From Octopus sinensis (Eukaryota), in the NCBI RefSeq assembly GCF_006345805.1, contig NC_043010.1, forward strand, positions 64,356,001-64,420,000: a stretch of DNA of 64,000 bases. Direction: 5' to 3'. Positions within the stretch are counted from its first letter, which is position 1. Each line of letters starts with the position of its first letter. A program made the translations under genes and the position numbers. The notes beneath the pieces were generated by a model. It was not told the DNA's origin. It did no database searches and worked only from the letters and a program-made list of their open reading frames with translations. Of the stretch, positions 39,255 to 53,826 are shown piece by piece.

Positions 39255-42200
39255 GAGAGGGTGAGAGGGTAAGATTGTCAGCGCCACCACCGTTCTAGTG
39301 ACAGAAACATTAATGATAGTGCGTATGACTGTGGAAACATTTAAAAGCATTAGGGAACTCCTAATGTAAAATCTACGGATTGGCAACTCCTAATGTAAAA
39401 GCCATGAGTAGGCCTTTAACGGGATTCCCAAAGGAACCCTAAGATATGGAGGTTGAACCACCTGACCTTCAGTGGTACTTGGTGAGAATGTAGGCCTAAG
39501 TTTTTCTTCAAGCTCTTTCCGATCATCATGGTGGGCTTAAGAGTGAGTTGTACAAATGTTCATGAATTGTGGTCGCCCTGGAAGCAAGGTTATCTGCTCA
39601 ACGACCACAGGTTACTAACTTCGGATGTGTAGGCCGTCAGCGAAAGTAGGACTTCTGAAACAGCGATCTAACACCTATTTTCGACAATTTTAAGATTTAC
39701 GAATCTTTTGGCTTGGAATGGGAAAAAGAGCGGCAGTGCTGTTTAGCAAAGGCCTGCATTTCGAGGTACGGCAGATCCTCCTGGGCCCGGATGGTAAGTT
39801 GATGGCCCTAGATGTAAGCAATAGCGAAGGTAGTGTTTTTAGATTAGTCGCTCTGTACATCCCAACTGTTTCACTAATGGTAACCACATCTAAATCAAGA
39901 AACCTGAGATCGTTGAGTAAGTGTCCTTGCTTCCAAGCTGATCCCAAGCCACGCACATTCACGCCCCAACTCTCATCATAGTCGTGCTAGTTGGAGAAAG
40001 AAAAAGAGGTCGCTCTCCTTGATTTTCGAGAATCCCGGAAGTTTTGGGCCTCTCTATTGGCAAATGTTTTTTAAAAGGCCCTCCCAAAAGCCTTTTGTCA
40101 ATTGATTTTTAAAAATCCCACACTAATTAGGAATTTTTCGCTGAGTGTTTTTAAAAGTCTGAGGACATTTTAACTAATAATCTGTCCTTCGGAGTTTGAA
40201 GATGAAATCCTTAAATTCCTTTCCCTGTGTCATAGTTTTGATTTTATTTTCCTTTACAAAATCCATCAATTCACTGTAGCATTTGTTCACAAAGTGAAAT
40301 TGATGAATACATTTCACCTAAAATTGAAAGTATTTTCTTGTTTTTGCAGTTTCATTATTGGCTGTTTCTATGTTTTCAAGTTATTGTTGAAGATGCTCCT
40401 GTTTTTGTAAAAGTTGTCGTTGTTATTTTTGTTGGAGTGGTTGCGAATTGGGTTGCAGTAGTGGTGTTTGACTTTCGTCTTGCTGTGTTCTTGAGCAGGT
40501 GTATGTACTTTCCTCCCCTTTCGTCTCTTCCTGTTTGTCACAGTGATACATTATTCGGTCTGCTCTTCTCTCTCCATATCCTTGCTGTTGATGTTGGTTT
40601 GGGAGGCAGGACGTCCAGGTGAAGCTTGATTTCCGTGGTAGCCGGGAGTAGATTTCTTTGTATTGGTGTGGGCGAAGGAATCTTGAGCACGTCTTCATGA
40701 TTTTGTGTTTTTGTGGTGGTTGTGGTGTTGGTAGCACTGGGAGTTTTGTTTTCCTTGCTTGAGTGCAGAAAGCCTTTAAATGGTTCACATATATGGCATC
40801 TTGGTTGACAGGTGAGTACCATCCGGCAGGCCTATTAGGTTAGGTAGCTCGTCGATATAGGTTTGCATACATTGTAATGTTAGTTTCATACCTATACATG
40901 ACCAGTTTTGTTGAGGTATTTTCTTTACCTCCAAGATAGTCACGTTGTCTTCCTCTATACTTGCCAAGACGGCGGCCACTAACCATCTGGCGATGGATAT
41001 TTCTGGTGATATTTCACGTTCATCACCACAGCTTTAGCAAGGTGTTAGCTGCAATAGCTTCAATCGTCCCAAATTTCTTTCCTCGGATGATGTGGGTCTT
41101 CTGTTGTCATGCACATTCAAAGCATTTCTGGATTTGGCTTTCAGAAACATTTTTCATTCGGAGCGATTTTACTCCAATGCAGCAGTATGTAACCAAGTAT
41201 CTTAAGATGTTTCCGATCACGTCGAGTGGAGAGTTTTGGGCAACTTTTCTTCCATTTCTTTGAACGATTTTTTTGGGCCAATTTCAATTCTTCTTTGATG
41301 AAGAAATAAAATTAAAAAATCCTAATTCCAGGATCCCTTGCTGCTTTAGCGGCTGCAGCGGAGACTGTTGTGGCATCTATGGCGGTAGTGATGATCACGT
41401 TTCCTTTAAAATTTTCTTTGTTTATCTTTCCTTCTTTAACTTTCACTTCGTTATTATCGGTATTGCTGTTGACGTTGTTGTTGTCGTCATCATCGCCGTC
41501 GACTTCGTATGTTTTCTTTAATTGCTACTTCACTGTTTCAGCATTGTTTAGAGACGAAGATGTATTCAACTCGGTTTTCTTTTTTGCTGGCACGGTGGTC
41601 ACATACTGTAGTCAATGGTATGCCAGTATTCTCTTTTTTCTCTGACAAGGAACGCATCCCGTTGTCGAACATTATAATGACTTCTTTATCAGCCATGTTT
41701 CAATATATATGGAAAATAAGAAAATATTTGTCTTCTCCATTAGTTGCCCCCCCCCCCAAAAAAAATTAATGCGCATCCCCTGCAAAACAGAATGCATTTC
41801 TAAGCAAAAATACTATTAGCGCAGTCCAGGCAATGTCACAAACAAGATGGTGATAAAAAAAACGAAAGAACGGTGCCTTAGAATTCCGAAAAAATTATGA
41901 ACACTACTACAACTTACTGAGCTTCGAGTTACCGCGTCTCCTTAGTAGGGCGGCCATAAAAATTATACTTACTACTACTACTACTACATAAACATTTTAA
42001 CATCATGACCTACCCCTTGGCTGCCTTTAGAAGAAACCACCCTGTCGCATTCCGGATCGTCTCTGTTCTGAGGATAAATTACCCTGTATCTTCCACCAGT
42101 TTTTGAATTCCTCCTGCTGCTGCTGATGCTACTGCTACTACTACTATTACGTTAACATTTTGTAGAATATGTTTCAAAGTTAATAATACCTGGGTTTTTT

Positions 42201-45200
42201 CATATAAGAATACTATAGCTGTTGGAATTTATATTCTCACGCAATCTTAAAGTGCAAACACGACTATGAAGACATTAAAGATTCATTTTCAGCCGTAGGT
42301 TTCATACTTCCAAAAATTTGGGAGATATCAGTATCAGTCGATTAAACCAATTCCAGTATTGGTAAATTTTTTTTAATATTATTAATTCTCGAAGGATGGA
42401 AAGTGGAGTTAATGTCAACAGAATTTGAACTTCAGACGTAAATGGCCAAAGCTAAATACTGCAAGGATTTTGCAATACACTGCAACAATTCTTTCAATTT
42501 AGTATCTTTTTTCTATGTCTCATCAAAAGGAAACAAAAAGAAATCAACATATTCATATATTTCAAGCAAAAATCGATGGTTGATAAAGTAAAACAACCGA
42601 ATAAAGAAATTACAGAGTTCACTTTTGTTTGCAGGCTTTGAGTTGAAATCCACAAGATAAATTTAGTGTCAGTAATATACTTTACAGGTAATTTCATTGC
42701 ACTACATTCCTGACATAAAAAATGACTTTCCCAATATAATGAATGCCAATAGACGCAGAATAGGCAGAGGTGTTAAAACATCGAATAGAGTACCTTGCAG
42801 TATTTCTTAAGAATATTTATACAGTGATTTCAAATACCACTGATGTCAATTTTTCCTTTCATCCTTTTGGCGTCAAGAATATAGAACTAATCCAATAATT
42901 TTTTTTCCTTCTTGAAAAAATCGGCTCTTAGTGGGAGATAGGATACACAAAGTTTAAAATGATGAAGATGTGCATGTATTAAATCTAGTTATATTTAATT
43001 AAATTTTCAAACAGAATTGAAACAAAAATAGCTACTTAAGACATCTTTATGAGATGTATACATCAACGAGTAATCTGTATTCTTAACTTCGAAACTGTAT
43101 TTCTCTAGGTTATGGTAGTGGCTGTGTACACCATATTCAGTTTACAAAATTCTTGCCTAGTTCAGTGTACTCAAATCCATCTTGGTGGACTCAGTCGGTA
43201 GAAATGCTACTGACATGACCAAAACACATTAAAGGAAACACAGTGTGGTCCGGTTGTCCAGATTCTAATCTATGTAACTTATTCTTTGTTGATTGGTAAA
43301 TTGTTTGACAGTTAACGTCCTAAGAATCCGATCAGTAGAGTTTATGTCTTTTCATCTGCTGTACACTTCAAAGTAAATAAAGTAAAATAATGTATTTATT
43401 TAACAACAATCTATTAATATATTTTAGCATGTAAATGTAAATGATTAGATAATCAACTATATTGTGAAGCCATTTAATAACACACTGTTAAATTCATTAT
43501 AAATCTAAATTTATTTCATGAGGTATCAAAATTTTCGTCACGCAGCTGTAAAATGGTTCTTGACATAGATCCACTGCAACGCTGAGTTAGTGACCAATTC
43601 GCAGTTGTGCGTCAATACGTTTAAAATCACGTCAAATTTTATAAGATTTAACAGTTTTGTGTGCTATTGATTAAATGGCTGTTCCACGATGTAGTTGATT
43701 CAAGTTACTTACTTGTACAACTAGGAAATATAAACAAATTAAACCAGAGGGATCTATTTGGTACTGACTTGGATTTAGTTATGAATGAGAAAAGCAATAT
43801 TGATATTTTTATCAATATATTTCAATGTTTGAATTTATTAAAGATAAACATACCTTATTTCTTCTTCAATCTATTTTTTTTTACATGTAATGCTAGTAAA
43901 TAAAGGAAGTACTTTATATTAAGTACATTATTTTGTCTTTTCTGCTTTAAAATATTGTATTATTATCGTGGCACATCTAATTACACCTCGAGGTACATCA
44001 TTGTATTGCAACACCCAGTTTGGGTATTATTACAAGAATATTAAAATTTGTAAAATAGAGAAGTTCATATATAGTAAAGAAAAGTAAATTTGGACATCAG
44101 AGAAGGTCAGTTTCTGAAGAAATAAAATACCTCTCCTAATTTCTCTGTCAAATTGGAGATAATGGATTAATCAACAAAGAGTTAATGACAGAGATTAGAA
44201 GATAGTTTAATCCGCCAAGTCTTTGGAAGAAAAGGATCGGATTTCTGAAGTCTAAGTGTCTGACTTGTAGAGCAGACAGTTTATAAGCAGACATATGCGA
44301 TTTTGTTGAGTAGTACTTAACAGGGGCAACTATTGGTATAGTAGTTACTCAAAATATATGTTTAGATAAGAGTAAAGATTTTAAAAATATTTAAGCCATG
44401 AAATACAAGAGAAATTCCGTATAGTTACCACAAAGACCCAAACTCTACCCATTCCTTTTAATCTTAAACTGCACATAACTTCCAATAACAGATATGCATC
44501 ACTATCATACGTTACTTTCATTCCTCATTCTAAGTTAGCCCTAAAAATTAAATCACTCCAAAGCTAGCGAAGAACAAATTGTGTTGGTACAGCAAAATCT
44601 AACCCTTACAATCTCTATAACTCCGTTAGCAAACATTTGCATATACAACGCCTTCACAACTACTGCAATATCAATCTCTCATACTCCTTCAAACATATCT
44701 GTTACACAGCCCAACACTGCTACAACACCAAAGGACCACAAAAGAAATTTTGTAGGATTGATTGATTTGTTAAAAATAGCAGCCAAATGCCATTCAAATT
44801 GCATTCTCCATCTTAAAAAGATATTTTACACTTAAAACCAACAGCGAATGACGGAATACCTTAGATGTCTGTTCAAGGCTAACAGTGCTAGATGCAACAA
44901 CCATTTCAACACTATTCTGACGAGAATATCCGTCCAGGGGAAACACACACACACACACAATCCTGACCTGCAAGAAATAGTAGCCAAATCTTCTGCAAAT
45001 CACACACTACCCTCGTATACAAAGAAAGAATACATAAGATAATTTAGCTATTCAGATACTGTATACACTCTCTGAAAATAAGCTGGGTGGTCATTGTTTT
45101 GGGGCCAAACAACTCCAAGAACCACCTTAAACGCTCTCTGGATATCACATTTGTCCTCGAGGAGTTCATCACTTGAACCGACAAGCATACAAAAATAGAC

Positions 45201-45574
45201 TGGGCAAAAAAAGAAACACATGTCCCAACTGACAATAATTCATATTCAGGATGTATTAGTGCGAAGGCCCACCAAGTGGTGAAGGCTTCGTATATCAAGT
45301 GTAATAGATCTGTGACTTGCACTTACTCTTTCGATCAACTATTATAGATATGCTCATCGTATCTAATTTTAAACTAAACTCCGCAATAACAGAAACAGCA
45401 TTTGATTAATGGCATCGTAAGGAAATCCTTCACATAATTCTTTCGGTAGCTTTTAACTTGTCTCTTCTAATTCTTAATTCATGTAGTCAATGAAGTGTAT
45501 CTGATATTCTAAACTTTAACAGAGTCTGTTTAACGTCAAATCTGGTGGATATTAACAGAAATTGTTCTTTTCAG

Positions 45575-45709
45575 AGTGTTCTCCTGGAAAGTATGGTTCT
45601 GGCTGTAATGAGGAATGCAACTGTCGAGATAAGGACGTGTGCGACAGAGTCACTGGAATATGCCCACATGGATGTCCACCTGGTTTCACGTCAGGCACTT
45701 GTAAAGAAG
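45575..45709 (+). CDS. Exon B2, 8-Cys EGF-like module (paralog of B1)
   Basis: Acceptor ttcttttcAG, donor GTTAAT, 135 nt. Translates CSPGKYGSGCNEECNCRDKDVCDRVTGICPHGCPPGFTSGTCKE. Confidence 0.9.
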
Positions 45710-46494
45710 GTTAATAACGTTTGCTTTCTGTTGTCATTGTGTATTGCAATTGTTGTTCTTTTCAGTTATGTATTCTGAGATGCTAATACAAGATATAGCA
45801 AAGATTACCAACAAGGGTGACAGTACTGTGTGTGACATGGAACAGTGTACTAACAATGTACTTGCTTTTTCAGCAAAATATAAAAACAAGGGAGACAACA
45901 AGATATACAAACTAGAGAAACAACAGCCTAAGCTAAAAACATAACAAAGTATACTAACAAGGGGTACAGCTAGGGGTACATCACAGGGAACGACAACTTG
46001 TGATGACAAGGGAAGTAATAACATGTATTGTCAACGTTGACTACATAGTATACTAACATGGGCGAAGAATGTGTGCTAACAGGGAAGATAACAAAGTACG
46101 CAAGAGTCGCACAGTGTGTACTAAGGAGGGAGATGGCAGAAGATTGTGTGCCTGAAGACATCTAACTAATTGCTTGAAATAGTCGTCTGTCTTATACATT
46201 TTTAGTTTTGGGTTGGTTAATTTATTAAGAAGCTAGTTTAGCCAGTTTAAGGTTTGATTTCGATGCAAAAAAAGTTTGGCAAATATCTTCTGTGAAATTC
46301 CTGGTTTGATTCAAGACTTGTGAATGAAACAAACCATCTGGAAGCTTCAGGAAAACTCTGTGAAATTTGCAAAAGAATATGTTTCTGTCTTCAGTTGGTG
46401 TCAACTATGATACCAGTAATATTATGTTACTGATATTTAAAAGGCAACAATAAATTCGTAAATTAAAATGTGTTTCTTCTGGGGTTTTTTTCAG

Positions 46495-46626
46495 TATGCC
46501 CTAAAGGCACATATGGAGATGAATGTCATCACAACTGTCATTGTATTAACGACACTTGCAACCCAGTTTATGGTCATTGTGCTCATGGATGTGTTGCTGG
46601 ATATCGGGGTAAAAGCTGTCAAGAAT
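46495..46626 (+). CDS. Exon C2, 8-Cys EGF-like module (paralog of C1)
   Basis: Acceptor tttttttcAG, donor GTGAGT, 132 nt. Translates CPKGTYGDECHHNCHCINDTCNPVYGHCAHGCVAGYRGKSCQE. Confidence 0.92.
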
Positions 46627-47574
46627 GTGAGTATGAAACAACTGATTATACCATTGGAATTATGAAGTAATTTCAAAGTGAATATATTTAGTTCAAATCA
46701 CTTATGGACGAATTTTATGTTAGGACTTCACCTGCCAGAATTTATCTGGCCTTCTGTGATTGGCCTAGTGTAATTCTTTTCCTCATTTGACTGAAAATTA
46801 CCCTGTCAACCTACTCTCTTTAGGATTTTCTTTTGAAGTATATTTTTTTGTTTCGCTTTCTAATTTGTCCTTGCGAAATCGACTCTTTTGTTGTTCCTGT
46901 AACAATAAAAGATATTATTTGACTCAGGTTCGTTCTTATTCTTGCTAGAATTTATGTGGGTAATGGGTTACAACCAGTAACTTTATATATCCTCAAGCTT
47001 TCGTTAATCTTTCAAGTGATGAAAACCCTTCTGATAATCTTTCCTGTCCCTAAGAGGCAAACTCTCTGTGGAAGCTCTTCAGGACATTCTATTCCAATCT
47101 CTTCCAACCATTCATCTATATCCTTACTCCCAGATCCTAATGCACCAATTATTGCAGGCATAACCTTTACATATTTCATGCTCCAAATTCTTGCAATTTC
47201 AAATTTTAAAGGATTGGATTTTAAAATGTTTTTCTTCTTTCTTAACAATCCTGGAATCGAACGGACACGATGTATCAATTAGTAAGCAACTTCGCCTTTC
47301 CTTTTCTATTATTGTTATATCTGGTTTATTATTTCTGAGCGGGAATGATCTAATCGGATGCACAACTAATGAAAAGTTGCTGTGTAGGTGACAGCTGACT
47401 ACCCTGAGTTCATCTACTCTTCAACAGGCCTTGTATTTCATCCTGAAGGGTTAGCAAATAGAAAGAAAAATACACTCTCCACAGAGCAGGTTCTGTGGAG
47501 TTGCTGGTTTAGTCGCCAACGATTCGACACTTGTGATTCAGTTGAGATAACAACAACAACAACAACAATAATCT

Positions 47575-47790
47575 TTTCTAGTAAAGGCACAAGGCCTGAA
47601 GTTTTGGGGGAGGGGACTAGTCAAATACATCGACCCCAGTGTTCCGCTGGTTCTTAATTTATCGACCCCGAAAGGAGGAAAGGCAAAGTCGATCTCGATG
47701 GAATTTGAACTCAGAATGTAACGATGGGTGAAATACTATTAAGCATTTCGTCCAACGTGCTAACGACTCTACCAGCTAGCCGCCTTAACA
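47575..47790 (-). mobile_element. tRNA-derived SINE of the same family as 2601-2815
   Basis: Minus strand reads ggcggctagctggtagagtcgttagcacg..gagttcaaattcc..ggggtcgataaattaag. Confidence 0.6.
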
Positions 47791-48973
47791 AAAATTCCCA
47801 GGAGTGAAAATGTCAAATATAAAAATATAAAACATTGGAATGAACGAGAATGACACTAAAAACTGTACACGAGGGTAGATGTGGACTATCAGAGCCTTGA
47901 CTAGCAACTCACCTAGTGATGGTGTCACAATAAAAATACTGGTGGTTGCACAATCTTACAAATGGTACCTCTACATGAGTGATGTCATAATTAAATAATA
48001 ACCACAACTGCGCTAACAGGACTGGAACTGTAAACGGTAAAGGTGTCGCGCTCGGCAGGCAGGGAGTATCTGGTCAAGTTCCGGCAGATCGTCATCAAGC
48101 TATTGGTCAGGACCAAAGTCGCAGTCAAAAGTGCAAAATAAAAAGAATGAAATGGGGGAAAAGAAGTAAACTAAATAGTAATCGAATACTGACTGAGAAG
48201 TGAGCCAAATAAAAGAGGCTTCATGAATCAAATGAAGAGAATATGGGATGAAGAAAGGAGGCTTTGAAGCATCCGCCCTGTGACTGATAGACTAAACAAG
48301 AGTAATATGTGGGGACGACTGGGTTATGGCAGTAGAGATTGAAGAAATTCAGAGAAACATAATAATAAATTAGCAGAAGGAGAGTGAAACAACGGTAGCA
48401 GAGAGTGGTAATGAAAGGGTAAAACATGAAGAATATGAAACGGATGGAAGAATTGACACCAAAAAAAAAAGCCAAATTAAAAAAAAAATGATGATAAATG
48501 CAAAGGTTTCGAACAGCATAGACCGTTCCAATAAAATAGAAGGCATCTATATGAGGAATCAGAGGGACGCCAACACTAAGAACTGATTTGAGATGCGGAA
48601 GAAAGTAAAGAATTTGGAGGAAGACTGTAGAAGAAGCCGGCGAGATATAAAGAAAGTGCGGAGTGGCTAACAAAAGTAGAAAGGGTGTTTTGTTCAACAT
48701 CCTTAAACAACCTTTATTCAGAGACCTTTTGAGCTGGATGGGTTACTCGACCAGTAGAAAATTCTAACTGTGCCCCACCTGCAAGGTCATGCGCTGTTTA
48801 TCTTGATATGAGATCACCATGTTGTGCACATATAGTTGTGATGCATGTGCCTGGTGTACCCTTATGAGACGGGTATACTGGGCTTCGTATATTTTACCCC
48901 AGTGTCACTTTGATGGCATGCACTGCTCTCTCACTCAATAATAATAATAATAATAATAATGATAATAATAATA

Positions 48974-49004
<31 letters not shown>

Positions 49005-49110
49005 TAATAGTAGTAGTAGTAGTAGTAATAATAATAATAATAAAGTCAAAACTCATGTAGGACCAGAGAAAATATTAACAATAGTAAAAAAAGGATAATA
49101 ATAATATTAG

Positions 49111-49148
<38 letters not shown>

Positions 49149-50482
49149 ATGAAAATTGACAGGAAAATCCGCAAGCTGCTGACTTGTAATAAGATGCACC
49201 ATCCAAAGGCAGACGTGGATCGCCTTTACCTTCCCAGAGCTCAGGGAGGTCGATGTTTGATCCAGCTTGAACTTACATACAAAACCACCACAATCGGATG
49301 GGCCAAATACCTTGAAGCAACCAACGATTGGATGCTAAAACTTGTAAAAAACATGAAAGGCCTAAAAAACTTCACTCTATTCTCAAAGAGAGCAAAAAAT
49401 TCGCTGCTGATCTCTTAGATACCCACCAGATTGAGCAGGGTGAAGGAAATGCACCAACTACAGCTGTAATTAAATAAAATTAATTGCAAAGACAAAAGCA
49501 CATGAAAATTTAGCTAGCAGATGGGAACAGAAACCTTTCCATGGCAAGTATGTGGCCCGTAGCAAACAAGCTGATATCGACCAGAAACACATGCACCAAT
49601 GGTTACGAAGTTCAGGGCTAAAAGCAGAGAGTGATGGTTTCATATTAGCTGCTGAAGACCAAAGCTTTTTTACCCGCAACTACCAAGCCAAAGTGATGAA
49701 AAATGGAGCTGACCCAAAATGCCGATTCTGTAACGATGTGATTGAAACAATAGACCACCTAATCTCAGGGTGTAGAGTCATAGCACCTGCAGAATATAAA
49801 GCAAGACATGACAGAGTAGGCCAGTATTTACACTGGACAATATGTCAGCATTACAAAATCAAAACCGCTGACAAATGGTATAAACATCATCCTGAAGCTG
49901 TGACTGAGGGAGAAAATGTGTCGATTCTATGGGACTTTCTCGTGTTGACCGACAGGACTATAAAAGCTAATAAACCGGATATCATTATAAAAGATCAGAC
50001 AAAAAGGATGTGTTTAGTAATTGACATGAGTATTCCCCGTGATCACAATATAGCGGCGAAAGAATTTGACAAGATTAGTAAATATAAAGACCTGCTAAAG
50101 GAAATTGAAAAAATGTGGCATCTCAAGACGACTACAGTACCAGTGATTATAGGATCTCTAGGAATGATAAAAAAAGGTACTGAAACCTATTTGAAAATGA
50201 TTCCAGGCTTACCATCCCTACAGGAAGTGTAAAAAATCGTATTAACAGGAACGGCTCATCTACTGAGAAGAGCACTATCGTTGTGAAAATAACATCCATC
50301 CATGAATTTATTTATTTATTAATTTTTAAATACATATTTTATCTGTGAATTTGCGCGTGTAATCTGGGAATGCATACAGTGCCCTTCTCTGCCGTAGGTG
50401 TATGGAATACACTCGGCGAGGAACGGAAGAAAATTTGAAGAAAGAAGGAAAAAAACATAATAATAATAATAGTAATAATAAT

Positions 50483-50513
<31 letters not shown>

Positions 50514-52617
50514 GGAAGCGATTGGAAACTTCCCATGTTCTGATTGATGATACATCTAGTGATGGGGTCACAATAAAAACACTTGTAATTGTGCAATCTG
50601 ATAATCGCTATCTCATATGAGTGACGATGAAAAATATTGTGAATAACGGTAGTAATGAAACTGAAGTCCATGATTGTGACAGCGTTGCACCTGGCAGGCT
50701 CAGAGCTAATGGTCCAACTCCAGCCTGTCGTTATCCAGCAAGGGACCCAGCCACACAGAGTAGATGGAACTAATAAATCAATGCTGTGGTCATGGAATGT
50801 TACTACCTGAGCAACCCTGTAGACGAAAATGGTGTTCATATATTAGGGGACCCCGACAACTTATCTATGATCCATGGTAGAAAAGAAGAATACAGGTGGG
50901 GTTAAATATGTTCCCGAAAGACATTACTGGTGAAACCGAAAAGAGAAGAGGTTACTTAAAAACAAACAAAAATACATGACACCGAACAGGAAGTATGATA
51001 CTGAAAGAAAGGGCCTGAAAGTGGTAATAGAAGAACTGAAACAGCACTTCGTTGCAAAGAAAGTAAAGATGGTAAGATACGACCAAAGAAGGAAGGGTTA
51101 CCACCAGCATGGGTTATTTAGAGTAGATCAGAAGAGATTCTATAAAGGAATAAATGGAGAATGTACAGATGAAAAGTTGATACCAGATAACAATGAAAGT
51201 CAAAGATGTTCGAGTGACATCTGGAGCAAAGATAAGGAGCACGAAAAGGATGCTGAATGGTTATGGTTGCAAGAACTGAAACAATCAGTAGCCTGTCCAA
51301 AACAGACAGAACTAGTCATTTCAGTTCGGAAAGTGAAGGAAATAAGCAAAAAAAAAAAACAAAAAAAAGAGCAACTGGAAGGCCCCGGGATCAGATGGAG
51401 TTCAAGGCTACTGGATCAAAAGATCTGGTGAATGTCATGCACGAATAGCTGCACAAATCAACACCTTGTTAAATGCCGAACAAGTAACACCAGAGTGGTT
51501 GACATTGGGTAGGACAGTGCTGTGCTTGAAAAACATTGATAAAGGCAATATGGTACACAATTACTGGCCGATATCTTGTTTGCCACTTGCATGGAAATTA
51601 TTAACTGGAATACTCGCAGAGTCAATGTACGAACATCTGGAAAAAAATTTGGAGTCCTGCCACATGAGCAGAAGGGTTGCAAGTGTAAGTGCAGAGGTAC
51701 CAAGGATCAACTCCTGATAGACAAAACTGTTCTTAGAGATTGTAAGAGGAGGAAAAGTAACTTAGCCATGTCATGGATCGACTATCGTAAGGTGTACGAT
51801 ATGATCCTACATTCTTGGATTATGGAATGTATGAACCTATTTGGTATTGCATCGAATGTTGAGCGATTTGCTTGGAAAAAGTATGGTGATTTGGAGGACG
51901 GACCTGGTAGCATACGAAAGAAGTTTAGGGAAAGTAGAAATCAGAAAGGCATCTTCCAAGAGGACTGCCTGTCTCCATTGATCTTTGTACTGTGCTTGAT
52001 ACCACTAACACTAATTCTCAGGAAAGCAAAAGCTGGGTATGTATTCAAAAGCCAGCAACAAATAGTCAACCACTTGTTATTCATGGATGACCTCAAACTT
52101 TATGGTAAAGATGAAGCCCAAGTCAGTTCCCTCGTTGATACGATGTACTAGCAAGTTGAGCGATTGCTGAGAGATTTGGCTTTCTTATTTGTTTGTATAT
52201 CATTGCTTTTGTTGTTGTTGATGATGTTTTTTACATTTGGGTAAACTCAGATCAAGAAGGCAGTCCCATGTTATTCAACCACTACTACTGCTGTTGTTTA
52301 TATTCTGATGAATCCTGACTGATTAGAAAAAATCTACGGTTATAGATATTCCACCCGTGGCCATCTTAAGAGATATTTAGGTCTCCATTGTTTAATGTTT
52401 CTTGTTTGTAGTCTAACAGGGTATTGTTTGAGGAAGATTTGGTCGCTGTTACTAGCAGATCAATCGAAAATATTGAGGCGCCGTAGTTGGTTAAATGATT
52501 TCCTATTATGGTTGTCTTGGTCATCAGTCATTGATTGATTTTTTGCCATCTTTTCATTTATGAAATGAGTTCTTTACCGTTTTACGCAATATAAGATATA
52601 ATACGTTTGTTTCACAG

Positions 52618-52752
52618 TCTGCCACGAAGGCACATATGGACTACATTGCACCAAAACATGTAGATGTTCTGATTATGACGCCTGCAACCCGATTCATGGT
52701 GCATGTCCTAGAGGCTGTTTACATGGATATGGGGGTTTCGACTGTCAGGAAC
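52618..52752 (+). CDS. Exon A3, 8-Cys EGF-like module (paralog of A1/A2)
   Basis: Acceptor tttgtttcacAG, donor GTAAGT, 135 nt. Translates CHEGTYGLHCTKTCRCSDYDACNPIHGACPRGCLHGYGGFDCQE. Confidence 0.92.
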
Positions 52753-53794
52753 GTAAGTATACATCTATACTAATAATCAAACTAATTCCCCACAACTCAC
52801 ACACATGATCTGTTCTTAACTTTAATTAACTGGTATACAAGTGCATAAACTCATTCAAAAATTTTTACTATTTGATATTGAGATGTCTTACTTAAAATTT
52901 TGATTGTTATAATCTTACTTTAACAATGTCTATCTCACCTATATACATGTATATAGGTATAGTATATATACATGTATTGTATATACATGTATTGATTAAT
53001 TCAAGTTGTCATACTCTCTACAAGAGCATAAGTATATAATTACTTATTTTGCTAAGTATTGAGTTATGTTGAACTAGCAGTATGACCCGGCAACGCCGGG
53101 TCTTAGTGCTAGTGCATGCATATACAGCTGCGTGTGTGCACACATACACGCGAGTACTGTCCAAATCTCCGACCAATCACATACAGCTAGCTGGCATTCA
53201 ATTGGCGTATCAAGTTTCAGGCATTTTGATTGAGTTTTGGAAAGAAAATTCACAAAAAAGTCACTTCTATTGATTTTTTAATGTCTTTACGGGGTAACCG
53301 GGGAAATGTAAAGATGTGCTCGACCACCCTTGGACGGTTTTGAATGACCATAGAAAGTGCGAGCCCTCTAACTGAAAAATTGTGGATTTGTATAGAGGAC
53401 ACGCACGCAGACATTTTGCCGTATATATACATAGAGATTATTAATGAAAACTGAGGGAAGTAAATGTGAACAACAGACATGTTTAACATCCAAGAATTTG
53501 TGGAAGTAACACCCACACAGGTAAAGTTACCTCTCCGTATCTAATGCACTCAGTACATAAATATCTTAATGATGATAAAGATGATCATGTTGTTGTTGTT
53601 GTTCTTGTTCTTCTTCTTCTTTTTCACGTTCAAATTACTCCCAAGTCGACTTTGCCTTTTATCCTTTCAGGGTCGATAAAGTAAGTAGTCGTTGAGTACT
53701 GAGGTCGATGAAATCAACTCATCACCGACCCCGAACTTGCTGTCCCTGTTGCAAAATCATCATCATCGTCGTCGTCGTCGTCATTGTCATCATC

Positions 53795-53826
<32 letters not shown>
